A stretch of 64,000 nucleotides of DNA from Candidatus Multivoradales bacterium (GTDB lineage Bacteria; Acidobacteriota; Thermoanaerobaculia; Multivoradales; Multivoraceae). Position 1 is the stretch's first letter, and each line of letters starts with the position of its first letter. This document shows positions 33,331 to 42,579 of the stretch, piece after piece. The position numbers were made by a program, and so were the translations under genes. Under the pieces are notes generated by a model, which made no database searches, had not been told where the DNA came from, and saw only the letters and a program-made list of their open reading frames with translations. The stretch spans positions 3,616,001 to 3,680,000 of the forward strand of contig CBDCWI010000002.1 of assembly GCA_965223325.1 (NCBI GenBank), read 5' to 3'.

Positions 33331-33634
33331 GTGCCACTCCCACCAAGCCCTGAATCCCTCCGCTGAGGTCGAGTCGCGCACGGGCAGCGCTCTCGAGGAT
33401 CATCGACCGCTCGGCCCCAGAAAACCCCAGACTCAAGGCGCTTGCTGGCTATTGGCGGTGTGTCATATGGCTACAGCCCCTGCGGGTCGGCCCTCAGGGA
33501 ATCGTCAGGGTCATGGTTCGCCCGTCGTGCCGCCGGTGGTGCCTCCGGTACCGGAGCAGGAGCCCGAGCCCCGCGGAATCTCCTGGGTGACCCGAGCGCG
33601 CCTGGGTAGCGCGGGTGCTACCGCCTTCGGAGTT

Positions 33635-34909
33635 CTACTTGAGCTCTTCCAGGGTGACGCCCAGTCTTTCATCGCGGTCCTCGCGGCGCACCGTCACGGT
33701 TACGGTGTCTCCTGCTCGGTAGTTCTCCAGGGCCAGGAAGAGGTCGCGGGTTGAGGTCACTGGGTAGTCCTCGATGCCGACGATGATGTCGCCGAGCAGA
33801 ATGCCGCGGCGGGTCTGGGTTGCTGGTCTGAGTCCAGCTCTTGCTGCTGCTGAACCAGGTTCTACTGCTGCGATGCCCACGCCGGAGATGCCGTAGCGGC
33901 GTAGGAAGGCGTCGTTCAGAAGGTTGACCCCGAGGACGGGGCGGCGGACCTTCCCGTAGCGGATGATGTCGGAGACCACCCAGCTCACCGTGTCTACCGG
34001 AATCGCGAAGCCGATACCGCTCGAGGAGCCGCTGGTGCTGTAGATCTGGGTGTTGACACCTACCAGTCGGCCGCGGCTGTCGAGGAGGGGGCCGCCGGAG
34101 TTGCCGGGGTTGATTGCCGCGTCTGTCTGGATGACGTCGGTGATCGGGCGTTGGTCCAGCGACTCGATCTCGCGGCCCAGGGCGGAGATCACGCCGGTCG
34201 TGAGGGTGTGGTCGAGGCCGAACGGGTTGCCAATCGCGAGCACCGATTGGCCTACGACCAGGTCGCCCGAGCGGCCGACGGTGATCGGGGGGAGCTTCTT
34301 TCTGGGGGCGTCGATCTTGAGCACTGCCAGGTCCTTGCCGGGCTCGGCGCCGACGTACTCGGCGCGCCAGATGCTGCCGTCGGAGAGGGTCACCTGGGTG
34401 TCTCGCACGCGGCGGCGGCGGGGATCGTAGACGACGTGGAAATTGGTGACGATGTGGCCGCGATCGTCCCATACGAAGCCGGTACCGGAGCCGCTGGCCA
34501 CCTCGACGATGCGCATGGTGAAGCGGTCGCGACGTTGCTCGATGGTGTCGATATTGACGACGGCAGGTGCGGCCTCTCTGAAGAGCTCGATGGTGCGCCG
34601 CTCAGCAGCGGTAAGGCCCTCGGGAATCGTCTCGGGATCGGGGTCGCGCGCCAGCTGCTGAGCGGCGCCGCTGGCGCCGGCGGTACTGACCGCGACGGGG
34701 AGTGTGTTGGCGCTCGGCGTTTCGCCTCCCTTGAAGAGGCCGCTCGCTACGCCGCCGGAGCGGCCGATGAAGAAGGCCAGGGCGATGACCGCGGCGAGGG
34801 CCGCGAGGCGGGCCGGGAGGAGCCAGGGTCGGGCGGCACCCTTCTCGGAAGCTGTCCCGGGCTCGCGTTCGACTGGCGAGAGGGCTGGTGTCTGGTAGTC
34901 GTTCATCAT
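33635..34909 (-). CDS. HtrA/DegP-family serine protease with one PDZ domain
   Basis: N-terminal TM, GTGFVWD..IVTNFHV, DLAVLKI, IQTDAAINPGNSGGPL, C-terminal PDZ. Confidence 0.94.
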   Translation of the reverse strand: MMNDYQTPALSPVEREPGTASEKGAARPWLLPARLAALAAVIALAFFIGRSGGVASGLFKGGETPSANTLPVAVSTAGASGAAQQLARDPDPETIPEGLTAAERRTIELFREAAPAVVNIDTIEQRRDRFTMRIVEVASGSGTGFVWDDRGHIVTNFHVVYDPRRRRVRDTQVTLSDGSIWRAEYVGAEPGKDLAVLKIDAPRKKLPPITVGRSGDLVVGQSVLAIGNPFGLDHTLTTGVISALGREIESLDQRPITDVIQTDAAINPGNSGGPLLDSRGRLVGVNTQIYSTSGSSSGIGFAIPVDTVSWVVSDIIRYGKVRRPVLGVNLLNDAFLRRYGISGVGIAAVEPGSAAARAGLRPATQTRRGILLGDIIVGIEDYPVTSTRDLFLALENYRAGDTVTVTVRREDRDERLGVTLEELK

Positions 34910-35010
34910 GTTGTGACCCTGGTTGAACGTCGGGAGCCGGGAACACCTATCCTATGGCGACGTAGGGGGCTCTGCCGCCCCGTTCGCTTCCCTGGAGAAA
35001 TACGTCACCG

Positions 35011-36708
35011 ATGACCGAGAATTCCGGCTATCTGAAAGCCGCTCGCCTGGCCTGGGCGGGGTTGCCTGGGCTCGGCGAGGAGATCGAGCAGCGCGCGAGT
35101 GCGTGGTCAGCCCGGGACGGCACGGCGCGTCTCTTCGCACGTGACGCTCAATTGTTCACCGGGCGCGGAGAAGACCGTTGGCTGGGTTGGTTGGACCTGC
35201 CGGCCACCTCTTCGCACGCTCTTCGTGTGCCCGAGAGCGCGCGTTCGGTGCTGCTGCTTGGCATGGGCGGTTCGAGCCTGGGGGCGGAGATGTTGGTTCA
35301 GTCGCTAGCGACGGGCGAAAGGGAGCTTTCGGTTCTCGATAGCACCAACCCGGGGACGGTCGCGGCTGCCCTCGCAGCCCTCGATCCGGTGCGTACAGTG
35401 GTGGTCGTTGCGAGCAAGTCGGGCGGCACGCTCGAGACCCGGGTCCTCTTCGAAGTCGTCTGGCAGTGGCTGGAGAATTCGGGGGGGGTTTCTAGTGAGC
35501 AGTTGATCGGGGTGACCGATCCGGGTTCGGCACTCGAGCGATTGGTCGACGAGCGCGGTGGGCAGGTCGTCCATGGCGACCCGGAGATCGGTGGGCGGTT
35601 CTCGGTCCTATCGCCCTTTGGGTTGGTGGCTGCCGAGCTCTGCGGGGTCGACACAAGCCGGCTGCTGCAACAGGCCGGGCGAGCGCTGGTGAGTTGCCGG
35701 GTCGATCGACCTTGGGACAATCCCGGTGTTGCGTTGGGTCTGGTTCTGGCTGCCGCGCAACGAATGGGGCGCTGGATCCTGCCGATGGCGACGACCGATC
35801 TGGGCCCTGCCCTGGCCCCGTGGATTGAACAGTTGGTCGCCGAATCGACGGGCAAGGGAGGCCGGGCCGTCTTGCCCGTGGTTGCGGTGCATCCGTTGGG
35901 TGGTGGGCGGCCGGAAAACGAACTAGCGCTGCACCTCTTGTCCGAAGCGCCGGAGGAGCCAGGGGCGCTGGAGCGCGATGGCGGAGCGGAGCTTCGGGTC
36001 TGGCCGGTCGAGCCTTCTGACATCGCGAGTGAGATCGTACGTTGGCAGGTTGCGACCGCAGTTCTAGGGGCCGAGATGGAGCTCGACCCATTCACGCAGC
36101 CTGATGTCGAGTCGGCCAAGATCAAGACCCGAGAGATCTCGGACGAAGTCCGTCTGCTCGGCGGTCAGCCTCCCGAAGACGTCCTCCTTGCAATCGACGG
36201 TGGTGACGCGGGTCGCGGTGAGCTCCGCCTACCTCTCGGTGCCGAAACGCCGACCGCGGCGCCGCGGCGCGAGCTCTCCGAGCTTCTTCTGGACTGGCTC
36301 GAACCGGCTCCTACCTACGTTGCCCTGCTCTCGTTCTTGCCCGAGATGGCGCCCGTGCGTGCTCTCTTCGAGCGACTGGCGGCGGCGTTGGCAGAGCGCA
36401 CGGGCACGGTGTGCGCGCTCAACTGGGGGCCGCGCTACCTTCACTCCACCGGTCAGGCGCACAAGGGCGGACCGCTCGAGGGTGCCTTCCTGGTGGTAAC
36501 CGCGAACCGTGATCGTGATCACCAGATTCCGGGCGACACGTTGACTCTGGGAAACGTTTGCGATGCACAGGCGATCGCCGATGCAGCGGTCCTGGGGGAG
36601 CGCGGGCAACGGGTCCTGCGTCTGCACCTCGACGACGCTCTGGTGCTGGAGGAGGTGATCCGGGCGCTCGAGGAGCCCACCGATGGGGGGCGCCGCGTTC
36701 CCGGCTAG
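35011..36708 (+). CDS. Glucose-6-phosphate isomerase (SIS), like the PGI half of Tal-PGI fusions
   Basis: WLGWLD, GMGGSSLG, SKSGGTLET, IGGRFSVLS, EQLVAESTGK, QPDVESAK, GPRYLHSTGQAHKGG. Confidence 0.88.
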   Translation: MTENSGYLKAARLAWAGLPGLGEEIEQRASAWSARDGTARLFARDAQLFTGRGEDRWLGWLDLPATSSHALRVPESARSVLLLGMGGSSLGAEMLVQSLATGERELSVLDSTNPGTVAAALAALDPVRTVVVVASKSGGTLETRVLFEVVWQWLENSGGVSSEQLIGVTDPGSALERLVDERGGQVVHGDPEIGGRFSVLSPFGLVAAELCGVDTSRLLQQAGRALVSCRVDRPWDNPGVALGLVLAAAQRMGRWILPMATTDLGPALAPWIEQLVAESTGKGGRAVLPVVAVHPLGGGRPENELALHLLSEAPEEPGALERDGGAELRVWPVEPSDIASEIVRWQVATAVLGAEMELDPFTQPDVESAKIKTREISDEVRLLGGQPPEDVLLAIDGGDAGRGELRLPLGAETPTAAPRRELSELLLDWLEPAPTYVALLSFLPEMAPVRALFERLAAALAERTGTVCALNWGPRYLHSTGQAHKGGPLEGAFLVVTANRDRDHQIPGDTLTLGNVCDAQAIADAAVLGERGQRVLRLHLDDALVLEEVIRALEEPTDGGRRVPG

Positions 36709-36712
36709 GACC

Positions 36713-38125
36713 CTACGGCCGGACCGCTCCCCGCAGGAGCACCAGAGCTTCTTCGAACTCGGTGTCCGGCCAGGGCGCAACAACCGGGTCCTTCCAGCCG
36801 TCGTCCTCGGTGGTCGTAAAGTGCACTTCCCCTTCGTCTCCTCCCCAGGCAAGTAGGACGGACGCACCGTCCTCGGAGAGGAGCATCGAGGGTCGACCCT
36901 CGAAAGGCGGCGCCGGTCGATCGGAGATCACGCAGATGTCGAGCTGGTGTAGTGGCGCCTCGGCCGAGGGGCCGTCTTCCCCGAGATGCACGATCGAGCA
37001 CGCGTGGCCTTCGGGCTCCATCTCGCCGTCGAGGATCGAGGCGCCGGAATCGATGATCCGATCCCAGACACGCCCTGCGATGTCGTCGAGGTTCTCCGAG
37101 GAGAAGTCGGGGCCGTAGGCGAGGATTTCGTCGTACGACTCGCTGGCGATGTAGGAGCGCACGCCACTGTGGAAGCGAGCGCCAACCAGCACGATGGTGC
37201 CGCGAACCTCTTCGGCGAGGCTGAGGATGCTGCCTTCGACTTGAGTGTTGGCACCCACCAGCACGATCGTGCCGCGCACCGAGTCGGCGAGATCCTGGAG
37301 CGCCGTGGGTAGAAGGCGCAGGCGGAGAACGAGAATGCGACCATCGGTGCGCCGGGGCACCGCGACAACGACGGAGTGGCCGTCCGTTCCCGGCTCGAGG
37401 GCCGGGCGGCGCCAGAGCTCACCGCTTTGCGCTTCCCCGTCGGGGTCGATCGCGGTGCGGTCGTCGAGACGCACGACCGGGTTCCACCCCAGGTAACTGC
37501 CACCGTTGACCACGATGGGCGAGTACCAGGTGCTCTCTGTGCCCTCGACGTCGACTTCCTGCCACACGATGTGCACCACCGTGCGATCGACCTCTGGATC
37601 TGCGTCGCGGGTGACGGTAACCAGTGGCGCGAGCATCTCGCTGCCGTCGCCTGAGGAGTGACCGGCAAGTTCGATCGTCTCTCCCCAGCCGTCTTGTGGC
37701 GCGCCGCCGGGTGCCCAGGACGCGAGGTGGATGCCTTGGACGACGCCTCCACTCGACGCGGTCCAGAGAGCGAACAGGCGGTCGCTTCCCGGGTCGGCAA
37801 TCAGGATCTGGTTCGCCTCGGCACCCCCGGAATCGGTCCCCGGGACCAGAGTACGGGTGACCGTGCTGCCCTCGTGCACGTCGAAGGCGAGAACCTGACG
37901 GCCCGGCGGCAGGCCGTGGCCGCCGTTGGGGAAGAGTTCACCGTAGGTTCCTCTTTCGAGATGAAACAGCTTGCCGTCGCCGAAAGCGGTGTCACTCTGC
38001 GCGCTCGCCGGCGCCGCTGCAAGAGGCAACACCGCCAGCAGGAACACCAGACACGCCAGGCCCACGGGCCACCGGCCAGCGCTCGGGCGGGGGTTCTCGG
38101 GTTGGTGGTTCGTTCCGGAGAGCAT
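36713..38125 (-). CDS. Secreted acidic hypothetical protein with an internal duplicated motif
   Basis: Signal peptide; LADSVRGTIVLVGA and LAEEVRGTIVLVGA 24 aa apart; starts 5 bp after the TPR gene stop. Confidence 0.75.
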   Translation of the reverse strand: MLSGTNHQPENPRPSAGRWPVGLACLVFLLAVLPLAAAPASAQSDTAFGDGKLFHLERGTYGELFPNGGHGLPPGRQVLAFDVHEGSTVTRTLVPGTDSGGAEANQILIADPGSDRLFALWTASSGGVVQGIHLASWAPGGAPQDGWGETIELAGHSSGDGSEMLAPLVTVTRDADPEVDRTVVHIVWQEVDVEGTESTWYSPIVVNGGSYLGWNPVVRLDDRTAIDPDGEAQSGELWRRPALEPGTDGHSVVVAVPRRTDGRILVLRLRLLPTALQDLADSVRGTIVLVGANTQVEGSILSLAEEVRGTIVLVGARFHSGVRSYIASESYDEILAYGPDFSSENLDDIAGRVWDRIIDSGASILDGEMEPEGHACSIVHLGEDGPSAEAPLHQLDICVISDRPAPPFEGRPSMLLSEDGASVLLAWGGDEGEVHFTTTEDDGWKDPVVAPWPDTEFEEALVLLRGAVRP

Positions 38126-38130
38126 CGAAG

Positions 38131-39099
38131 CTAGGCCTTGAGGTTGATCATCTTCGAGACGTCGATCGCCATCAGGATTTCAGGCAGCTGCTCCGACTCT
38201 GGGAAGTAGCGGTCCTGCAGCACGGTGAACTGATTCAGAGCTTCGTCGTAGTCGCCCAGCTGGTGATAAGCCTCGCCGAGCAGGAAGAGCGCGTGCTTGG
38301 TGCAGCGATCGTCTTCGAACTCATCGGCCAGGGCGAGCACGCGCGCTCCGTGACGCAGGGAGCTCGCGACCTTTCCGACTTCGAGGTAGCCGTAGGCGAG
38401 GCTGAGGCGCGGGTAGGCCTCGAAGGCCTTCGCACCGAGGCGTTGGAGGGTGCGTAGCGCTTCGAAGACGAGGGCGAAACCCTCGCTCATCCGGCCTTCG
38501 ATGAAGCGGCAGTAGCCGAGATTGTCGTGCATCAGCGCGCGCGCTACGGATCTCTCGTCGTCCGTCAGCTCGAGCGAGCGTTCGAAGGCGGCGGCGGCAT
38601 CGTCGAAACGGCTGTCGATCAGGTAGAGATTGCCGAGTTCGTTCTGGATCGCAGCCGTCCATTTGCGTGCCGCGGGTGCGCTCTGGCCATCACGCGGGGC
38701 AACGTTTTCTTCGGCGACCTTGTAGTAGAAGCGCGCCTTCTCGAGGGCGCCGCGGAACTTGTACGCCACGCCGATGTTGTAGGCCGCGAGACAGGCGGTC
38801 TCGGGCTGCGCGGTACGCATCAGAATATCGCGCAGTTCTCGCACGGAGGCGTTCTCGTCTCCCTGGCCCATGCGAACGCTGGCGTGGTTGCAAAAGGCGC
38901 GGTCACGGAGTTCGCGATCTCCTCCTGACAGTGCGGCGTCCATGGCCGCCTCGAAGAGCTCGAGCGCCCGATCGCTGTCGTGCTCGCTCTCGTAGGCAGC
39001 GATCCCCTGCCTCAGGAGATCTTGACCGGACGCTACCCCCGCTCCGTCGGGCCGCTTGCCGCTCTCAACCCTTCTTTCCTCCACAGGCCCCTCCTCCAC
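38131..39099 (-). CDS. Tetratricopeptide repeat protein
   Basis: Repeated NIG/NELG/DNLG TPR helices; alternative GTG start at 39084 has a GGAGG RBS. Confidence 0.85.
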   Translation of the reverse strand: MEEGPVEERRVESGKRPDGAGVASGQDLLRQGIAAYESEHDSDRALELFEAAMDAALSGGDRELRDRAFCNHASVRMGQGDENASVRELRDILMRTAQPETACLAAYNIGVAYKFRGALEKARFYYKVAEENVAPRDGQSAPAARKWTAAIQNELGNLYLIDSRFDDAAAAFERSLELTDDERSVARALMHDNLGYCRFIEGRMSEGFALVFEALRTLQRLGAKAFEAYPRLSLAYGYLEVGKVASSLRHGARVLALADEFEDDRCTKHALFLLGEAYHQLGDYDEALNQFTVLQDRYFPESEQLPEILMAIDVSKMINLKA

Positions 39100-39174
39100 T
39101 GACTAAGACGACCACTCCGTCCGAATCGATGCTGGTGACCCCCTAAGAACTGGGGATCGAATCAAGCAGTCCGC

Positions 39175-39552
39175 TCAACTTTTGCCTGAGCTGCCGGAGG
39201 GCTTTCGCCCGTCCCGCTTGACCTGCTTGAAGCGGATGAACTCCTCGACTTCTTTCTGGTCGCCCCTCGGCAAGGACCGAAAGGACTGAACCAGCTCTAC
39301 ATCGTTGGGGCTCAAAGTGTTACGGGCCATCTCGTCGAAAAACTCACCGATTCCCAAGTCGAACTCGGAGAGAATCTTGAAAAGTGTGTCGAGACTCACC
39401 CGGTACTCGCCTTTTTCCATTCGCGAGAGGTCGGACTGCTGCACCCCGATGCGGGAGGCGAGCTCGTTCTGGGTGAGTTTGTGCTCCTTGCGGAGCTGGC
39501 GGATCTTGCCGCCCACCAGTTTTACCTGGCGAATCTTCCTGGTTGCTGTCAT
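39175..39552 (-). CDS. XRE-family HTH transcriptional regulator
   Basis: GGKIRQLRKEHKLTQNELASRIGVQQSDLSRMEKGEYRVSLDTL; ATG at 39552 (the longer track ORF overlaps traB). Confidence 0.9.
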   Translation of the reverse strand: MTATRKIRQVKLVGGKIRQLRKEHKLTQNELASRIGVQQSDLSRMEKGEYRVSLDTLFKILSEFDLGIGEFFDEMARNTLSPNDVELVQSFRSLPRGDQKEVEEFIRFKQVKRDGRKPSGSSGKS

Positions 39553-39671
39553 TGCGTGACTTTCGGTGTCGTTCGGTTCGTCTCTGGGCCTGGTGGCGAC
39601 GGCGGTCTCGAGGGACCCTCTGCCGCGCACCCGCCACCCGGTGATCGGATGACACAACGGACATCGAACCT

Positions 39672-39702
39672 CCATGCTATTACAGCATGGGTGATATGTG
39701 AA
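39672..39702 (-). promoter_or_regulatory. Putative XRE promoter with an overlapping palindromic operator
   Basis: Minus strand TTCACA, 17 bp, TAGCAT; perfect palindrome CCATGCT-N5-AGCATGG at 39672-39690 covers the -10. Confidence 0.55.
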
Positions 39703-39734
39703 GGCCGCCGGCCAGGGAACTTTCGCGAAGGCCC

Positions 39735-40931
39735 CTAGAGCACTCGGCCGGCGATCCAGGTGCCGGCGATAAAGGTCCCTGCGATGGAGCCCAGGTTTGC
39801 GAAGACCACGACCAGGAGGACTCGGCAGAGTGGGTTGCTCCAGAAACCCCGTACCGTCGTAATGTCCTCGGGTAGGCGCTCGAGGTCGCCAATCAAGGGG
39901 CGTTTGACCCACGCTTGCACCAGACCCGCGACCCAGCCCGCCGCGACCATCGGGTTGAGGCTGGTGAGTGGGGCGGCGAAGAAGGCCGAGATGACGGTCA
40001 CCGGGTGGCCGAAGGCGAGTGCCGCACCGAGCGCCGAGAGCACCCCGTTGACCAAGAACCAGATACCGACCGATTCGAAGGACTGGTCGCGACTGCCGGT
40101 GACGAAACCCCACGCGAGGAGAGCGATAACAGCGATGGGAATCGCCCATTTGAGAATGCGGGGCACCAGAGACGGCGGCGGCACGGCGGCGAGGGCGCCG
40201 AGCTCGGAGGGCGCTTCGATGTGCTCGACCATGCCGGGGACGTGCCCGGCGCCAACCACCGCGACGACGGTGTCGGCCTGTGTCAAACGCAGCTTCTCGG
40301 CCATCCACACGTCGCGCTCGTCGATCAGCGACTCTTTGACTTCGGGAAAGGCCTGCGCCATCGACGACAGCATGTCTTCGAGTTGGCCCTCTTCTTTGAG
40401 CTGTTCAATCGTCTCGCTGTCGATCTCTTCGCTGATGAAGAGACCACCGATCATTTGCGAGACCGCCTTGAGCTTGGTCCACAGTCCCAGGCCGGCCCAG
40501 GTTCGGCGCAAGGTCACCTGGACGTCGCGGTCGATCAGGCTGAGGCGAGCATGGTTCGTATCCGCCCAGGCGACCGCGGCCTTCATTTCGGCGCCCGGCT
40601 CGGTTCCCAGCTGGTCGGCGATGCGGCGCTGAAAGGCGTTCATCACCAGGTTGGAGAGCATCAGTGGCGCCTTGCCCTCACGCAGCACCTGGAAGACGTC
40701 GAGTTTGCTCCAGCTTTCTGGGTCCGAGAGGTTGCGAAAGCGGGCTTCGCAGAGTTCGACGGCGACCTCGACGGGTGCGACGATGCGCAACGTCTCTTCG
40801 ACATCTTCGACGCTCTGCTGGGAGACGTGCGCGGTGCCAACCAGGTAGATGATGCGTTCGGGCCCCTCCGCTGACAGCGGAGCGAGCTTGATTTGCCGCA
40901 CCGTTCTGGGCAGCTGATCTTCGAACGGCAT
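39735..40931 (-). CDS. TraB/PrgY (pheromone shutdown-like) family protein with C-terminal TMs
   Basis: LVGTAHVSQQS, VAVELC, PGAEM, IDRDVQVTL, LIDERD, AVVGAGHVPG, APLTSLNP. Confidence 0.9.
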   Translation of the reverse strand: MPFEDQLPRTVRQIKLAPLSAEGPERIIYLVGTAHVSQQSVEDVEETLRIVAPVEVAVELCEARFRNLSDPESWSKLDVFQVLREGKAPLMLSNLVMNAFQRRIADQLGTEPGAEMKAAVAWADTNHARLSLIDRDVQVTLRRTWAGLGLWTKLKAVSQMIGGLFISEEIDSETIEQLKEEGQLEDMLSSMAQAFPEVKESLIDERDVWMAEKLRLTQADTVVAVVGAGHVPGMVEHIEAPSELGALAAVPPPSLVPRILKWAIPIAVIALLAWGFVTGSRDQSFESVGIWFLVNGVLSALGAALAFGHPVTVISAFFAAPLTSLNPMVAAGWVAGLVQAWVKRPLIGDLERLPEDITTVRGFWSNPLCRVLLVVVFANLGSIAGTFIAGTWIAGRVL

Positions 40932-40940
40932 GGGCTGGGG

Positions 40941-41396
40941 TCAGATACGGCCGGCGGTGCGCAGGATCTCGCCGAGAGCCGTGGCTAAGGCCGTTAGGTC
41001 TCGTGAGAGAGTCTGTGCCGCTTCCCCATCGAGGAACTGCAGGGTCGCCTGATCGACTGCCAGATCGGCGTTTTGGCGCCGTGCCGCGAGGAGCACGTGT
41101 CGGGCAATCTGGTCTCCTGTTGACTCGGCTGTTGAGCCCAGGTCCGGGCCACGGATCTCCAGCGTCGAGACGACGAACGGTCGCCGGGTGTCGCGCCCGA
41201 ACAACAGCAGGTCGGGGGTTTCCGCCCTCTCCGTTGCGACGACCGACATCAGGTGGATGTCGGTGTAGGCGATGGGGCCACCGGCCGGATGGTGCAGCTC
41301 GACTTCGTTGGGCCGAACGGTGGCACGTGGAGCGCGTAGTGGTGACCAGGAGAGGCTTCCGCCACGAATCTCGGGATGAACGACTTTGATCTGCAT
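40941..41396 (-). CDS. Hypothetical protein
   Basis: ORF with GGAG upstream context, ending 9 bp upstream of traB on the same strand. Confidence 0.6.
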   Translation of the reverse strand: MQIKVVHPEIRGGSLSWSPLRAPRATVRPNEVELHHPAGGPIAYTDIHLMSVVATERAETPDLLLFGRDTRRPFVVSTLEIRGPDLGSTAESTGDQIARHVLLAARRQNADLAVDQATLQFLDGEAAQTLSRDLTALATALGEILRTAGRI

Positions 41397-41573
41397 GGAG
41401 GGAGATCGTAGCAGTGGCGGCCGCCGACGGCGACCGCTACGCATCAGAAATCGGGCCCTCGAGAGAGACCGCGACTCGGCCCTCGACGACCTCGGGTTGA
41501 CTGCCCGGCGGAGAATCGATCCGGTATGCTCCGGCCGCTTCCCGGACCCGGTTCCGATGAGCGCCTACGTTCC

Positions 41574-42569
41574 ATGGACATCCATCCAGACATTCTCTCG
41601 ACCCTCGGCAATACGCCTCTGGTCGAGCTCGCGCGGTTCTGGAAGGGTGAAGCGCTCCTGGCTGCCAAGATCGAGACCTTCAACCCGGGGTCCAGCGTCA
41701 AAGACCGCATCGGCATCGCAATGATCGAGGCCGCCGAGCGCGACGGGTTGCTCGAGCCGGGTGGCACGATCGTCGAGCCGACCTCAGGTAACACCGGGCT
41801 CGGCCTGGCTATCGTCGCTGCGCTGCGCGGCTACAAGCTGATCTGCACGGCGGCTGACAAGATCCCCCGCGAGAAGGTGGCGCTGCTCGAAGCGCACGGC
41901 GTCAAGGTGATCACCTGCCCATACGACGTCGAAGCCGACGATCCCCGCTCGTACTACAAGGTCGCCGAGAAGATCCGCGATGAAGACGGCGCCTTCATGC
42001 CCTACCAGTACTACAACCAGGCGAATCCTGGCGCTCACTACGAAACCACAGGTCCTGAGATCTGGCGCCAGACCGACGGGCGGATCACGCACTGGGTGGC
42101 GGGCATGGGAACCGGCGGTACCCTGACCGGTGCCGGGCGCTACTTGAAAGAACAGAACCCGGATATCCAGGTGGTCGCCGTCGACCCGGTCGGGAGCGTC
42201 TACGCCTACTACAGCGAGCACCGCGAGCTGCCTCCGCAAGAGGAGATTCACGGGTACCTGATCGACGGCATCGGCGAAGACTTCCTGCCGACCTCAGTCT
42301 GGTGGGACGCGGTCGACTCGGTCGTCACCGTCGAAGACCCAGCTGCCTATCGGGCGGCCATCGAAATGGCAAAGGTCGAAGGGATCTTCTGCGGTTCTTC
42401 GGGTGGGGCGGCCGTCGAGGGGGCGCGCCGCGTCGCTGCGGGTCTCGATCGGGATGCCATCGTCGTCAGCTTGATTCCTGACTCGGGCGAGCGCTACCTC
42501 TCGAAGTTCAACGAGGAGTGGTTGTCGGCCAACGGTCTGGGCGGCCTAATCTCCAGCGACGTTTCCTGA
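41574..42569 (+). CDS. Cysteine synthase / cystathionine beta-synthase family PLP enzyme
   Basis: GNTPLV, NPGSSVKDR, EPTSGNTG, GMGTGGT, PDSGERYLSK. Confidence 0.92.
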   Translation: MDIHPDILSTLGNTPLVELARFWKGEALLAAKIETFNPGSSVKDRIGIAMIEAAERDGLLEPGGTIVEPTSGNTGLGLAIVAALRGYKLICTAADKIPREKVALLEAHGVKVITCPYDVEADDPRSYYKVAEKIRDEDGAFMPYQYYNQANPGAHYETTGPEIWRQTDGRITHWVAGMGTGGTLTGAGRYLKEQNPDIQVVAVDPVGSVYAYYSEHRELPPQEEIHGYLIDGIGEDFLPTSVWWDAVDSVVTVEDPAAYRAAIEMAKVEGIFCGSSGGAAVEGARRVAAGLDRDAIVVSLIPDSGERYLSKFNEEWLSANGLGGLISSDVS

Positions 42570-42579
42570 CCGGAACCCC

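Noticed and set aside
33352-33362. GAATCCCT after tRNA-Gln as an att duplication
   Set aside because: Only about 8 bp match, and the conserved hairpin core of the tRNA-Ser element is absent
39175-40308. 377-aa extended XRE protein
   Set aside because: The extension overlaps traB in another frame and is Arg-rich shadow sequence; the HTH starts near 39552
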